From the NCBI GenBank assembly GCA_963755915.1, contig CAVWLP010000003.1, positions 288,001 through 352,000 on the forward strand: a stretch of 64,000 nucleotides of DNA, given 5' to 3'. The notes beneath the pieces are model-generated. The model worked only from the letters and a program-made list of their open reading frames with translations. It searched no databases and was not told the DNA's origin. How positions within the stretch are numbered: position 1 is the stretch's first letter; each line of letters opens with the position of its first letter. The translations under genes and the position numbers were made by a program. Source of the stretch: an uncultured Phycisphaerales bacterium (lineage in GTDB: Bacteria; Planctomycetota; Phycisphaerae; Tepidisphaerales; Tepidisphaeraceae). Below, one piece after another: positions 1 through 12,016 of the stretch.

Positions 1-2
1 GC

Positions 3-1334
3 CGCGGAAACACGCTCGGCGTCTCCGTTTTAACCGTTGCCTCTTTATTGATTTGCATATGGACATCCCCGGCCCAATCCGCGTCACCGGAGCCGACGCC
101 GCGAAACATATCACCACAGTTGCCGCAAATTCCCCACCGAATCTTCTCCGTGAGCGACTATGGCGCCGTCGGCGACGCATCCACCACGAATACAAAACAG
201 ATCCAGAACGCAATCGATGCCGCCGAATCCGCCGGCGGCGGTGTGGTGAACCTACCCCCAGGCGTATACCTCTGCGGCCCCCTTCATCTTTCCAGCAATA
301 TAGACCTCAACCTCGACAAAGGATCGATCCTCAGATTGCTCCCCATCGATAAATATCCCGGCCGAACCACCAATCCCCAAAATTTCCTTAGCGGCCGACG
401 GCTTCACGACATCGCTCTCACCGGCGAAGGCACAATCGACGGCCAGGGCATTCCCTGGTGGCCCTATGCAAATGTGAAAGGAGCCCGGCGGCCCTGCATG
501 ATCGCCATCGACGCCACCCAACGAATTCTGATCGAAAATCTAACCCTGCGAAATTCGCCGATGTTCCATATCGCCATCGGCGGTGGGTCCACCGACGTAA
601 CCGTTCGGCACGTCACCATTCGCGCCAATCCATCCACCGATCCGGTCCATCCCGGCATGAACACCGATGCCTGCGATGTCAGCGGCCGAAACATCTTAAT
701 CCAGGATTGCGACGTCAGCGTCGGCGATGACGACTTCACCTGCGGCGGCGGAACATCAGACGTGCTCATCACCGGCTGCACTTATGGTTGCGGCCACGGC
801 GTCTCGATCGGCAGCCATACCGTCGGCGGCGTTTCCAACATCACCGTCCAGAATTGCACCTTTGAAAACACCGACTTTGGTATTCGCATCAAATCCGACC
901 GCGACCGAGGCGGTTTCGTCCACGACCTTACTTACCGGAACCTCAGGTTAACCAATGTTGGTTGCCCCATTCTTATCTACGCCTCCTATGCGGCGAGCGA
1001 CGACAAATATCGCGATTTGAACGATCTCACCCCCGAAACCGCCGCCGACTACCCGGCCAAAAACGTGACGAATCGAACCCCGCTGTACCGGAACATCACC
1101 TTCACCGATATCATCGCCACCGCGCATAAAGGCCGTCGTGCCGGACTGATTTGGGGGTTGCCCGAGGCTCCCGTATCAAACCTGCTCCTTCAGAATGTGC
1201 AAATAACGGCTGATAAACCCCTGGGAATTTTTGACGCCAATAATGTTCGTCTGATCGAATGTCGCATTACCACTCCATCGGGTGTAAAAAGCGTTTCCAC
1301 AACCGGCGCGGATGTGTCAACTTCCATGAGGTGA
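3..1334 (+). CDS. Glycoside hydrolase family 28 (polygalacturonase-like), probably 5'-partial
   Basis: DYGAVGD N-terminus, NTD/GDD/GHG/RIK catalytic motifs, parallel beta-helix pattern; the frame is open back to the window edge with a hydrophobic signal-like stretch. Confidence 0.9.
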   Translation, partial: RGNTLGVSVLTVASLLICIWTSPAQSASPEPTPRNISPQLPQIPHRIFSVSDYGAVGDASTTNTKQIQNAIDAAESAGGGVVNLPPGVYLCGPLHLSSNIDLNLDKGSILRLLPIDKYPGRTTNPQNFLSGRRLHDIALTGEGTIDGQGIPWWPYANVKGARRPCMIAIDATQRILIENLTLRNSPMFHIAIGGGSTDVTVRHVTIRANPSTDPVHPGMNTDACDVSGRNILIQDCDVSVGDDDFTCGGGTSDVLITGCTYGCGHGVSIGSHTVGGVSNITVQNCTFENTDFGIRIKSDRDRGGFVHDLTYRNLRLTNVGCPILIYASYAASDDKYRDLNDLTPETAADYPAKNVTNRTPLYRNITFTDIIATAHKGRRAGLIWGLPEAPVSNLLLQNVQITADKPLGIFDANNVRLIECRITTPSGVKSVSTTGADVSTSMR

Positions 1335-1371
1335 GGGGAATCCACTCAGAATCTTTCGCTTTGAGAAGCAT

Positions 1372-3600
1372 ATGGCTGGCAAATTGATATCTGTTGAAAA
1401 CATCAATTTTAACGCCCCGCACTCCCCGATGGGTGCATACATGAGCTTTACCACGGGTCAATTTGGAGCCCTCGGCGGAATCGGCACGCAAATCGGCAAA
1501 CCCGGGAACCAGGAAGTCTACGTCGGAGCGAAAAATGGCGGCCGCTTCGAAAGTTCGTCGCTGCGACGCCTCCCTTTCTTCACCTCCAGGCAAACTGACG
1601 CCACGAGCAACGCCAATTTTCTTGTCGAACAATCCGACTCAACAGTAAAGGACCCCGGCCGCCATATCGTCGCCTACATGGAGGATCAGATCCGCCGTGA
1701 ATATGGCTGGGCCACCGACCGATGGGTAACCCCAGACTTTACCTTCAGCATCTACACTCCATTTGGTTCGATCCCAGATCCCGCTCTTGTGCTTCCGACG
1801 CAAATGCGTTCGTCGCTGCTGCCGGCGCTCGTCGCTGAATTGGAATGCGATAACCGATTTGGAACCGAGACCAAAACGGTCTTCTTTGCCCTCGGCGTCA
1901 GCGAGCGAGGTTGGCGCCCCATCGATCCCCCCAGCACACCCCGGCGCGGATTCACCCTCCGCCAGGAAACCGGCGTAATGGCAGAGATCATCAACAAAGG
2001 CCACGGCGACGCCCCACCGCCCGATCTCTTCTGCCGCTGGACGCCTCATGAGGGCCTCCGCGAGCCTGTTCCACATCTGCTCGGCGCATGCCCCGGACTG
2101 CTCATGGAAGTGCCGCCAGGCGAACATCGCGTGCTGCGCCTCGCCATCGGCTGTTTTATCGCCGGCGTCGTCACCAGCGGTCTCTCAGGTCGCTACCTCT
2201 ACACGAGCTGTTTCAGCAGCCTGATTGATGTGCTCGAGTTCGCCCTCTCAAAAGGCGACCCCCGTCCCGCTTGTGACGCGCTCGATCAGCACCTCCTCGA
2301 ATCCGGCCTTACCACCGAGCAGCAATTTCTGATCGCCCACGCCACTCGCAGTTATTACGCCAACACCCAGCTTCTCGAAGTCGGCGGTCAGCCATGCTGG
2401 GTCGTCAATGAGGGCGAATATCGAATCATGAACACCCTCGACCTTTGCGTCGATCACATGTTCTGGGAACTCGACCAGAATTCCTGGGTCGTTCGCAACC
2501 TTCTCGATAATTTCGTTCGCCAATTTAGCTACGTTGACGGCCTCAAGTCCCCCTATTCAAACGAGATTCTTCCCGGCGGCATCAGCTTCTCGCACGACAT
2601 GGGGGCGCACAACGCTTTCAGTCCGCCCGGCAACAGCAGCTACGAGCTGCCGAATCTGAACGCCGTCTGCTTCAGCTATATGACGGCCGAGCAATTGTGC
2701 AATTGGATCCTGATGGCCGCCACCTACATCACCCAGACCGGCGACACCAACTGGGCCCGCTTCAACGACCACGTCTTCTCCGCATGCGCGGAGAGTTTGC
2801 ACCGCCGCAGTGGGCTCGGCGGAATCCCGGAATTCGACAGTTCCCGTTGCGGAACCGGCGCGGAGATTACCACCTACGACTCGCTCGACCCCTCGCTGTC
2901 GCAATCCCGCGATAGCCTCTATATGACCGTAAAATTCTGGGCGGCTTCGCTCGGCCTCGCCACTGTCTTTGGCCGCCTTCAAAACACAACCCAGGCTCAG
3001 CGCGCCTTTGCGATGGCCGATCGCATCGTAAAAACCCTCGTCCAGAAGCCCGGTCCTGACGGCGCCATCCCCGCCATTTTCGACAAACAAAGCAATGGCT
3101 ATCACTCGAGAATCCTGCCGGCCTGCGAAGGCCTTTTATATCCCTACGCCTGGGGAATCAATTTGGCCACTGAATCGCCCGAGATTTACGACCTCCTCAA
3201 GAAGCACGTTCGCGCCTTGCTCGAAGATCCCCAGCGGCGCAACTTGTTTCCCGACGGCGGAATTCGCCTCTCCTCCACATCCGACAACTCCTGGCTCAGC
3301 AAGATCGCCATATTCCAGGTCATCGCCAAACAGATCTTTCATCTGCACCAGGATCCCACCATTGCCTCGCTCTTCGATGAAGCCGACCGCGCCCACGTGA
3401 ACTGGCAGGTGAAGGGCAGCGGCTACTGGGGATGTTCCGATCAGTTCGTCAGGGGAATCGCCAAGGGAAGTCGCTGGTATCCCAGAAACATCATCGCAGC
3501 CTTATGGCTCGTCCCGGAAGACAACACCTCTGCCCGACCTTTAAAATCCGTCCGACTGCGAACCATGAAGGGGTTGCCGGTTCATCGGGCTATTCACTGA
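1372..3600 (+). CDS. Glycoside hydrolase family 52 beta-xylosidase
   Basis: FNAPHSPMGA N-terminus, WVVNEGEY and EITTYDSLD catalytic motifs, LSSTSDNSWLSK and SRWYPR typical of GH52. Confidence 0.88.
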   Translation: MAGKLISVENINFNAPHSPMGAYMSFTTGQFGALGGIGTQIGKPGNQEVYVGAKNGGRFESSSLRRLPFFTSRQTDATSNANFLVEQSDSTVKDPGRHIVAYMEDQIRREYGWATDRWVTPDFTFSIYTPFGSIPDPALVLPTQMRSSLLPALVAELECDNRFGTETKTVFFALGVSERGWRPIDPPSTPRRGFTLRQETGVMAEIINKGHGDAPPPDLFCRWTPHEGLREPVPHLLGACPGLLMEVPPGEHRVLRLAIGCFIAGVVTSGLSGRYLYTSCFSSLIDVLEFALSKGDPRPACDALDQHLLESGLTTEQQFLIAHATRSYYANTQLLEVGGQPCWVVNEGEYRIMNTLDLCVDHMFWELDQNSWVVRNLLDNFVRQFSYVDGLKSPYSNEILPGGISFSHDMGAHNAFSPPGNSSYELPNLNAVCFSYMTAEQLCNWILMAATYITQTGDTNWARFNDHVFSACAESLHRRSGLGGIPEFDSSRCGTGAEITTYDSLDPSLSQSRDSLYMTVKFWAASLGLATVFGRLQNTTQAQRAFAMADRIVKTLVQKPGPDGAIPAIFDKQSNGYHSRILPACEGLLYPYAWGINLATESPEIYDLLKKHVRALLEDPQRRNLFPDGGIRLSSTSDNSWLSKIAIFQVIAKQIFHLHQDPTIASLFDEADRAHVNWQVKGSGYWGCSDQFVRGIAKGSRWYPRNIIAALWLVPEDNTSARPLKSVRLRTMKGLPVHRAIH

Positions 3601-3623
3601 ACCGCTACGCCGCCGCCATTTCA

Positions 3624-4480
3624 TCAATGCCAGTCGCGCGGCCCTTTGGGCTTGTCACGCAGAGATTCCATGGAAATGGATCGAACGGCGGCGATCAATT
3701 CCGCCGACATCGCCGCCAGCTGCGCGATCAACGGACGAATCTCCTCAAATTGCTGCCCGCCCGCGCGGTCTTCTATTTCAAGCGCCACGGCGCCGGCCTT
3801 AGTGGAAACCGTGGAGATCATTCCCCCCAGCCTGTGACCCGACTGCGCCAGCCGGGAAGAATCGCGCGCCTGAAACGCCTCCTGCACATCCGCCAGATAT
3901 TCAGGAAGTCCAACCAGAAACTGCCTGCAAATGACGTTGAGATTCTCCTGGTCATACCCGCTGGCCGCGAGCAGAACGCCGGCGTCGATCAGGTCAGGGC
4001 CCGATCGCGCCTGCAGGTATGGCGCTGTGACCGCGTGTTGAACCGCATTCCGCAAGGCGTCCATCTTGATCGGCTTGTGAAGAAAATTGTCCATGCCGGC
4101 AGCGAGGCAGCGCTCGCGCACCGCACGGCTCGTACCCGCGGTAAGTGCGACCACCGGAAGATGCCCTCCCATCCGGCGTTCACGCTCGCGGAGCTGCTGG
4201 ATCACCTCGAACCCGTCCATTTCCGGAAGCTGAATATCCAGCAGAAGCACATCAAAGCCCCCACCGGCAGCGAGGTCAAATGCCTCACGCCCATTGGCCC
4301 GCGCTGAACCGAATGCCCCTCTCGCGTAAGAAGCCGTTCCAGCAGCCGGGCGCTGAACTCATCGTCTTCCGCGATCAGAAAGCTTAGCGGCGCAGCCGAT
4401 GGTAGCGCAAAATGTGCCGCGCCAAGATTCAGTTCCGAGCTTGCGGCCACGGATTTTGTGCGGCTCTGGCGGCTCATCAT
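3624..4480 (-). CDS. Response regulator (REC + Hpt), one frameshift near 4300
   Basis: LIAEDD in one frame continues after a shift as ANGREAFD..LLLDIQLPEMDG..KP; C-terminal Hpt (GHRLGG). Confidence 0.75.
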
Positions 4481-4593
4481 TATCCGACCACAAAACGCGA
4501 CGTCCAATTCCCGACAATTCGGCGAAACTCGCCCGCCGATCAATTTCCAACTATATTAACAAATGTCCGCAATGGCTTCCAAGATCACCAAAA

Positions 4594-6049
4594 ATGTTAC
4601 CACGCCTATTGCTCATTGACGACGACAAGTTTGTGGTTCCCACCCAGGTCCGCCAGACCTTTCCCGCCGAGTCGTTCGCATTGGAAGTCGCCACCACCGG
4701 CGCCGCCGGATTGGAGCGGGTCCGGGCGGCGGCGCCCGATCTTATTCTTCTCGACGTCGGGCTCCCCGATCAGTCGGGATTGAAAGTCTACCAGGGCATC
4801 CGCGCCATCGACGCCCGCATTCCCGTCATTTTCATCACCATGACCAAGACGGCCGACCTGGCCATCGAAGCCATGAAACAGGGGGCGTACGACTACCTTT
4901 TTAAACCCATCGATCAGCAGCGACTCGGCACGGTGGTTCGCGAAGCCCTCGAAGTCGTGCGGCGGATGCGCGTGCCGGTCGTCCTCAGCGAGACCCAGGA
5001 ATCCCCCGAGGAAGAAGGGAGGATGGTCGGTGCATGCAAAGCAATGCTCGAGGTTTACAAGAGGATCGGCCGCGTCGCCGAGCAGGACGTAACCGTCCTC
5101 ATCACCGGCGAAAGCGGAACAGGCAAGGAACTCGTCGCCCGGGCGATCTATCAGCACAGCGTCCGCGCCAACGCACCGTTTCTTGCCCTGAACTGCGCGG
5201 CCGTTCCCGAAAACCTGCTTGAGAGCGAATTATTCGGCCACGAAAAAGGCGCCTTCACCGGCGCCGACCGCCGGCGAATCGGAAAATTCGAACAGTGCAA
5301 CGGAGGAACCATCCTCCTCGACGAAATCGGCGACATGCCGTCCCCCCTTCAGGCCAAGATTTTGCGCCTCCTCCAGGAGCAGACCTTCGAGCGCGTCGGA
5401 GGAAACGAAACCGTACACACCGATGTTCGCCTCATCGCATCCACCAACCGCGATTTGAAAGCACTCTGCGATGAAGGCAAATTCCGCGCCGACCTCTATT
5501 ACCGCCTCAGCGTCTTTAACATCCATCTCCCGCCGCTGCGCAGAGCGCACTGATGATCTCTCCCCTCTGGTGCGGTATTACCTCAAGCAGTTCAGCCGCG
5601 AATTGCGGCGCGATGTGAACCAGGTGGCCCCGGAAGCTTTGGAGCGGCTGGGCGCCTATTCATGGCCCGGCAACATCCGGGAATTGCAAAGCGTTTTGAA
5701 GCAGGCACTTTTGAAAGCCAGCGGAACCACCCTCCTGGCAAGCTTTTTGCCCGAACTGATGGATAACGCAGTTTCGCAAAGCTTGGGCCGCGCCGGATTG
5801 AGCCAATATTTCAACCTCGACGCCCTCCTGTGGCTCCGCCTCCAGCCCAATGCCGCGGATTTGTACGCCGAAGTACACAAGGAACTGGACCGATATTTTC
5901 TCGCCCGCGTTTTGGACCATGCGAAAGGCAACCGGCATTTGGCGGCGCGGCTGCTCGGAATCGCCCGACAGACGCTTCGCATCAAGCTGCGCGAGGCCGG
6001 CATCGATGCCGCCCCATTGCTTGAAACCGAAGACGACGAGCAGCCATAA
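4594..6049 (+). CDS. NtrC/AtoC-family sigma54-dependent response regulator (REC-AAA+-Fis HTH), frameshift near 5545
   Basis: LLIDDD receiver, GESGTGKE Walker A, GAFTGA, LLDEIG, WPGNIREL and a C-terminal HTH spread over two frames. Confidence 0.9.
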
Positions 6050-6062
6050 AGATCGTCGCCGC

Positions 6063-8729
6063 CTAATCTTCTTTGGGCTGCCTGGAATATTCGATTAGCG
6101 CCGACCGCAGCTTCGCGACGGCGGCTTCCAACTCAGATAAAGCATCATTCCAACCCGCCGCACCCTGCTCGCTCGCCAATTCCTCGAGGCGCGCCACCGC
6201 TTCGTAGGCGTTTTGTGCGCCAAAGCTGCCCACCTGCGCCTTGAGTTTATGCGCCGCCGCCGCCAAAGTCTGCCGATCATTTTGTAACGCGGCATTACGA
6301 ACTTCTTCCAGCAGTCTGGGCGATTGATCCAGAAACCATTGCACCATTTGGGCCAGGATGTCCCGGTCGCCATCGATCCCGGCAAGCGCGGCCTGCGGAT
6401 CGAATATCGCGTCCGCCTTCGGCCCCACAGGGGCAGAACGTGTTTCAGATCCCCCTTTGGAAGCCAACAAACCGCTCATAACCGCCAAAAGTTCAGCCGA
6501 CTTGATCGGCTTGGCGACGTAAGCGTCCATCCCCGCGGCAATGCAGCGCTCCCGGTCTCCCTTCATCGCGTGAGCCGTCAGCGCGACGATTGGAATGTGC
6601 CTCGGCGTCTGCGCCGTCCGCTCTTTGGCCCGGATCGCCTGCGCGGTCGATAAACCGTCCATTTCCGGCATCTGCACATCCATTAGAACCAGATCAAAAG
6701 ATTCCTTTTCCAGCGCCGCCAGCGCGGCTTTTCCGTTCGACGCCATCGACACCGTGTGGCCCCACTTTCTCAGCAGGCTCCCCACCACGTCCTGGTTAAA
6801 CTCGTTGTCCTCCGCCACCAGAATCCGCAGATGGCGAGGCATGTCCGGGGCCAGATCGCCCGAAGGCGACACCGTCTGATCGTCCGACGCCAGCGTCCCC
6901 AGCGTCGTAAGGATGGCATTGAGCAATTCCGACTGCTTGAAGGGCTTGCGCAAGTAAATGTTAATCCCCAATTCGCGGCAGCGTTTCAATTCGCCCGCGC
7001 CGTCCAGTGACGAAAGCATCATGATCGTCGCGTCCGCCAGCGCCGGATCGTGCTTGATCTCCTCTGCCACGGCAAAGCCATCCATATCTGGCATCACCGA
7101 ATCCAGCAGCACCAGCGGAAACGGTTCCCCGGCGACCGCCGCCCGCTTCAGGGCTTCGATGGCATCGCGCCCTCCACTCACGCCGGTCGGCTTCATTCGC
7201 CAATTCACAAGCATCTCGGTGAGGATGTGCAAATTGGTATCGTTGTCGTCGGCAGCGAGCACGGGCATCTCTTCCAGATCGAGCCGGTCCGCCTTTGCCG
7301 GCGCGTGGGATTGCGGCTGGAGCTCGAATCGCGCCGTGAAATGAAACGCGCTTCCCCGCCCCACCTCGCTTTCAACCCAGATGCGCCCGCCCATCAGTTC
7401 CACCAGCCTCGAGGAGATCGCCAACCCCAGTCCCGTGCCTCCGAACCGCCGGGCCATCGAACTATCCGCCTGGGCGAACGCCCCGAAAATCATCCTCTGT
7501 TTGTCCAAAGGAATGCCCGGCCCGGTGTCCGTAACCGCAACGTGCAGCAGGATTTGGTTCCCGCTAGTGGACTCAACCCCGGCCTGTACCACGACCTCCC
7601 CTTTGTCCGTGAACTTGATCGCGTTGCCCACCAGATTCGTCAGAATCTGCACCAGACGCAGTACGTCGCCGCTCAGGCGCTCAGGAGTGGCCGGATCGAC
7701 GTGCAGCGCAAGCTCCAGACCTTTGCGATGCGCCTGCGGGCCGAATCCCTTGATCGTTTCGCCCATGCTTTCCCGCAGGCTGAAGTCCGTCGGTTCCAGA
7801 TCCAGACGGCCCGCTTCAATCTTGGAAAAGTCCAGGATGTCGTTGATCACGCGCAGCAGCAGGTCCGCCGACGCCTTCGCCCTTTCCAGATAATGCCGTT
7901 GCTCCGATTCAAGCTGCGTCCCCAGAGTCAGGTCCAGCATCCCGATCACCCCGTTCATCGGCGTGCGGATTTCGTGGCTCATGCTCGCCAGGAATTCGCT
8001 CTTCGCCTGGCTCGACGCCTCCGCCGCTTCCTTCGCCAGTTGAGCCTCCGCGGCGCGTTTGTGCTCGGTCAGGTCCCGCACAATTGTCGCGATCGCAACC
8101 ACTTCTCCCCCGGAATTCACGATCGGCGAAATCGAAAGCGCAACCGGAACGGAACTGCCGTCCTTTCGGGCACAAACCGTCTCAAAATGAGGCGTGCTCT
8201 GCCCCGCCTTGGCGGCGTCAAACAAAAACGAGCCCTCATTTCGCCGTTCCGAGGCCAACATAAAGTTGGCGGGTCTCCCAAGCATTTCCTCCGCCAGATA
8301 ACCGAAGAGGCCTTCCGCAGCCCCATTCCAACTCGTAACCACCCCCCGCACGTCGTTGCTGAGAATCGCTTCCCCCGACGATTCCACGATCGAGGCCAAT
8401 TCCAGCGTCCGCTGCTCCGTTCGCTTATACAAAACACACAAGAGTGCCACCGCCCAGATGCCCAGGACGGCAAATACCCGGTTGTAAACGTCCGCCCACA
8501 GGGGGCCCGGCTCGCTTAAAACACACCCCAGAATGGTCAGGATCGTACATCCGAGTGCCGCCATCCACGTCGGCCGAATACCCGGCAGCCATAAACTCGC
8601 CCCCACCACCGCTACATACAGCGCCGCCGGTGTCACCCCACGCGGAAAAGGAATGTCCAGAGAAAAAAGCAGAATCGCAAATGCGACCGACCCCCATACA
8701 ATGGCGTTCTTTTTTGACTTGTGGCTCAT
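6063..8729 (-). CDS. Membrane hybrid sensor histidine kinase (TM-PAS-HisKA-HATPase-REC-REC-Hpt)
   Basis: [11 protein letters not shown]-box, N/G1/F/G2 boxes, two receiver domains, AHKLK Hpt. Confidence 0.95.
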   Translation of the reverse strand: MSHKSKKNAIVWGSVAFAILLFSLDIPFPRGVTPAALYVAVVGASLWLPGIRPTWMAALGCTILTILGCVLSEPGPLWADVYNRVFAVLGIWAVALLCVLYKRTEQRTLELASIVESSGEAILSNDVRGVVTSWNGAAEGLFGYLAEEMLGRPANFMLASERRNEGSFLFDAAKAGQSTPHFETVCARKDGSSVPVALSISPIVNSGGEVVAIATIVRDLTEHKRAAEAQLAKEAAEASSQAKSEFLASMSHEIRTPMNGVIGMLDLTLGTQLESEQRHYLERAKASADLLLRVINDILDFSKIEAGRLDLEPTDFSLRESMGETIKGFGPQAHRKGLELALHVDPATPERLSGDVLRLVQILTNLVGNAIKFTDKGEVVVQAGVESTSGNQILLHVAVTDTGPGIPLDKQRMIFGAFAQADSSMARRFGGTGLGLAISSRLVELMGGRIWVESEVGRGSAFHFTARFELQPQSHAPAKADRLDLEEMPVLAADDNDTNLHILTEMLVNWRMKPTGVSGGRDAIEALKRAAVAGEPFPLVLLDSVMPDMDGFAVAEEIKHDPALADATIMMLSSLDGAGELKRCRELGINIYLRKPFKQSELLNAILTTLGTLASDDQTVSPSGDLAPDMPRHLRILVAEDNEFNQDVVGSLLRKWGHTVSMASNGKAALAALEKESFDLVLMDVQMPEMDGLSTAQAIRAKERTAQTPRHIPIVALTAHAMKGDRERCIAAGMDAYVAKPIKSAELLAVMSGLLASKGGSETRSAPVGPKADAIFDPQAALAGIDGDRDILAQMVQWFLDQSPRLLEEVRNAALQNDRQTLAAAAHKLKAQVGSFGAQNAYEAVARLEELASEQGAAGWNDALSELEAAVAKLRSALIEYSRQPKED

Positions 8730-9029
8730 GGGTTCTCGATTCCAATTCCCAACTCCAGGTCATCACATTGACCAGCGCAGAAAAGACGCCTGAATGAAAA
8801 AATAATATTTCGAGCAGCCGCCCGCTGGATATCTGAATTAAGCGCAGGGGAGGGTACATCAACCAATAATCGGTTGCAAAAATCAATGGACGCGACGACG
8901 GCCGGATTCCTTCGCGCCTGGTACGAATTTAATCACGCCGGGTAAATTTCTTTCCCCCCACTGTGTCGAATGACAACATTTCCCTGCGAGATCCCCGCGC
9001 CGGTTGATCTTGCGCGATATCAAAGAACC

Positions 9030-9045
9030 TGGCACCGAAGTTGCT
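9030..9045 (+). promoter_or_regulatory. sigma54 (-24/-12) promoter
   Basis: TGGCACCGAAGTTGCT matches TGGCAC-N5-TTGC; followed by GGGAGG RBS (9106-9111) and ATG at 9117; a sigma54 activator lies in the same cluster. Confidence 0.75.
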
Positions 9046-9116
9046 TTAGCCCTTAGCGCAACACCAGATGCAAGCTCATCGGTGTTGTCGGCACGAGAAA
9101 CCAAAGGGAGGTCAAC

Positions 9117-9889
9117 ATGACCACGATCACACAGAAAGATCCGACCCCGCTTCATGCCCGCAAATTCGCCGAAACTTACGAAGGCACACCGGCACACTCC
9201 ACCATCCCTATGGCCTGGGGGGCTTTGGGCGCAACGGATACGTCGCCGAGCGCGATCACACAACCGTCCTCGTTCAGCAGCATCTCAACCGCCTGGCAGA
9301 AATCTCCACAGATGAAAACGCCCATCCGATCGTCCGCGAACTGATTGCCCAGGCAGCCAATCGATTGCAAGTGTTGTGTGCCTCGATGTTATTTCGCAGC
9401 TATCCCCGGCTCACCAAACCCCCGCTCAACCTTCAGCCGGATGAGCTGCTCAGCGCCGTCGTCGAGCGAATGCTGAAAGCAATGCGGGAGTTCCGACCGG
9501 ACGGTCCCCGCCAATTTTTCGCATTGGCCACTCGCCATATGCGATGGGAGCTCAACGACCTGGCACGCCGTTTGGACCATGAAAACCAGGCCCAGCCCCT
9601 CAACGATTCAGCCATGGCTGCGCCCGAACCAAGCGTTACCACCCAGGTGACTCGCAACGCCCGTCGAATACTCGACGCGATCGAAGAGCTCCCCACCGAT
9701 GAAAAGGACGTCTTCGAGCTCGTCAAAATGCAGGGAATGGCCCGGCCAAATGCTGCCGCCGTTCTCGGAATTTGCGCCAAAACCGTACAGCGCCGTCTGA
9801 ACCGCGCCCTGGTGCTGTTGTCCCAGAAGTTAGGCGATCTTCAGCCCGTGCAGGGTGAGCATCCCAGCAAATCCTACCCCTCGCAATAA
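9117..9889 (+). CDS. ECF-type RNA polymerase sigma factor (planctomycete type); likely start 9117 with a frameshift near 9215-9240
   Basis: FFALATRHMRWELNDLAR region-2-like motif and LPTDEKDVFEL..AAAVLGICAKTVQRRL region 4; strong RBS at 9106. Confidence 0.8.
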
Positions 9890-10031
9890 AACCTTCGCGC
9901 GCGCCCAAGTCGCCGCGTCGCGATGACGCCTCCCGCCCCCCGTACCGGGTCAGTTCACTCCCGGAACGCCCACGGCGCTGCCGTGGGGAATTCGTATTTC
10001 GACACGAAGCCCAAACTGACCCACCACCCCC

Positions 10032-11714
10032 TCAATGATGCCCGGCCATTATCGCCAGCACCTGCGCCCGACAATCGGCATCAATTCCGCCAGCGGCGCC
10101 ACCGCCGCATAAACCGTCGCCGGTGAATCAGACAGCGTCAATTCCGACGCAAACTGAAGCGTCGTCGAGCTCGTCATCACCCCCGCGATCCACCCGCTCA
10201 CCGATACAAAATTCATCCGCAAAATCTTTCGCGCAAAGCACGCCACGATAAACACCGGCGCCACCGTCACCACCGCTCCCCAAAACAGCAGCGAGACTCC
10301 CCCGCCGTCCGCCGCCCGCTGAATAAAATGATCCCCCGCCTGAAACCCTACGCACGCCAGAAATATTGCCAGCCCAAAATCCCGAAAGAGCTGGTTCGCC
10401 GCCGCTGGCATATACCAGATCACCGCCCCAAAACTCCCCAGCCGCGAAAGCCCGATCGCCGCCAGCAACGACCCCGCCGCCAATCCCATGTGCAGCGCCC
10501 CATGCAAATTCGGCAACTTCAGCGGAATGCTCCCCAGCACCACCCCCACCAGCAGCCCCAAAAAATCGGCGCCAGCTGCGCATGATCCAATTCCTCCATG
10601 GAATTCCCCAATTCCCCCTCCACCAGCTTCAGCGCCGCCTTCGGCCCGATCGCCGTCACCCGATCCGCAAACGCCAGCCGCAAATTCGCCGTCGGCACCA
10701 AATCCACCCCCGCCCGATGCACCTTCCCAATCGTCACCCCATGCCGCCGCCGAAGATTCAATTCCCGCAGCGATCTCCGCAGCGAATGATGGTGCGTCAC
10801 CACAAATTCCGCCCGGTCCAGGTCCCCCGTCACCGTGCTCAAATCCACCGCGCTGCGCCGTCCAAACGAATCCACCACCTTATCCAGCCGATCCTTCGTC
10901 CCCACCGCCCGAAAAACATCCCCCACTCTCACCACCGTCGTAGGCCGAGGAATCGTCTCCACCCCGTCGCGCAGCAGCCGCGTCAGAATCACTCCCTCCC
11001 GATCCAGCATCGGCTCGTCCCGAACACATTTCCCCGCAAATTCCGACTCCGTCACCTCAAAATCCACGAACTCGATCGGCGTCCGATTCTGCTGCTCCGC
11101 TCGCGCCAGCGCCGCCCGCTCCTCCGATATGTCGATCCGAAAGAAACTCCGCACCGCCGCCACGACGAGCATCGGCCCCACCACACCAAATGGATACGTA
11201 ATCGAATACGCCAGCCCGCTCGCCTCCGCCATGCTTTGCCCGTCCATCCCCGGCCGCGCCCGCGCAGTGCTTCCTGAGCCGCCGCCAGCCCCGGCGTCGT
11301 CGTGAACGCCCCGCAATAAAGCCCCGCCGCCGTCCCCCGCGGAATCAGCCGCGTCACCGCCAGCGCCATCACCGCCCCCAGCACAAGCGTCGCCAGCGAC
11401 AGCAGATTCAGCCTCAGCCCCTCCGACCGCAGCGAACTCGCAAACCCCGGCCCCACCTGCAGCCCGATCGCATACATAAAAATCACCAGCGCAAAATCCT
11501 CCAGAAAATTCACCACCGACGCATCGAGTTCCAATCCGCACTGCCGAAACACCAGCGCCGAAAATAAAACCCCCGCAATCCCCAGCTTGATCCCCCAAAC
11601 CCGAATCGCCCCCAGCGAAAGACCAACCGTCACGGCCAGTCCCAAAATCGCCAGGCTGTAAGCCACCGAACCCCTGAAATCCTCACTGAAAATCGCCGCA
11701 ACATTTCCCATCAT
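10032..11714 (-). CDS. AspT/YidE/YbjL-family transporter with TrkA-C domains (frameshifts near 11260, 10560, 10070)
   Basis: YAIGLQVGPGF, GAFTTTPGL, YSITYPFGVVG, two RCK-C-like segments and the duplicated membrane domain across three frames. Confidence 0.85.
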
Positions 11715-12016
11715 GCCCGCAAACCTACAGTCAAACCCCCGCAATGGAAAACAGCCGCCGCTAACTTTTCTTTATCCCGCCCAAACCGCCCCACTTCCCG
11801 CGTTCATTCCACGAAATCGTACTTGCGTCCGCTTCCCCAGCGCATCTGATTGACCAGCCGCCGCATGCTTCCCATCCTGCCACGTGCTTATCAAAAAACC
11901 TCTCCAAGGCGGCACAAACGGGGTCGGTAATTCATGAACAATTCATTTCTATGAATTAAAAAACACAAAGGCACCTAAATTCAAGGGGGAGATCCGCCTG
12001 CCGATGGAGACGTCCG

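Noticed and set aside
7050-8519. Long antisense or alternate-frame ORFs (also 17747-18361, 60326-61501, 62362-63507 and the Arg-rich part of 41930-43381)
   Set aside because: Shadows of well-supported genes in high-GC DNA, with biased composition and no motifs
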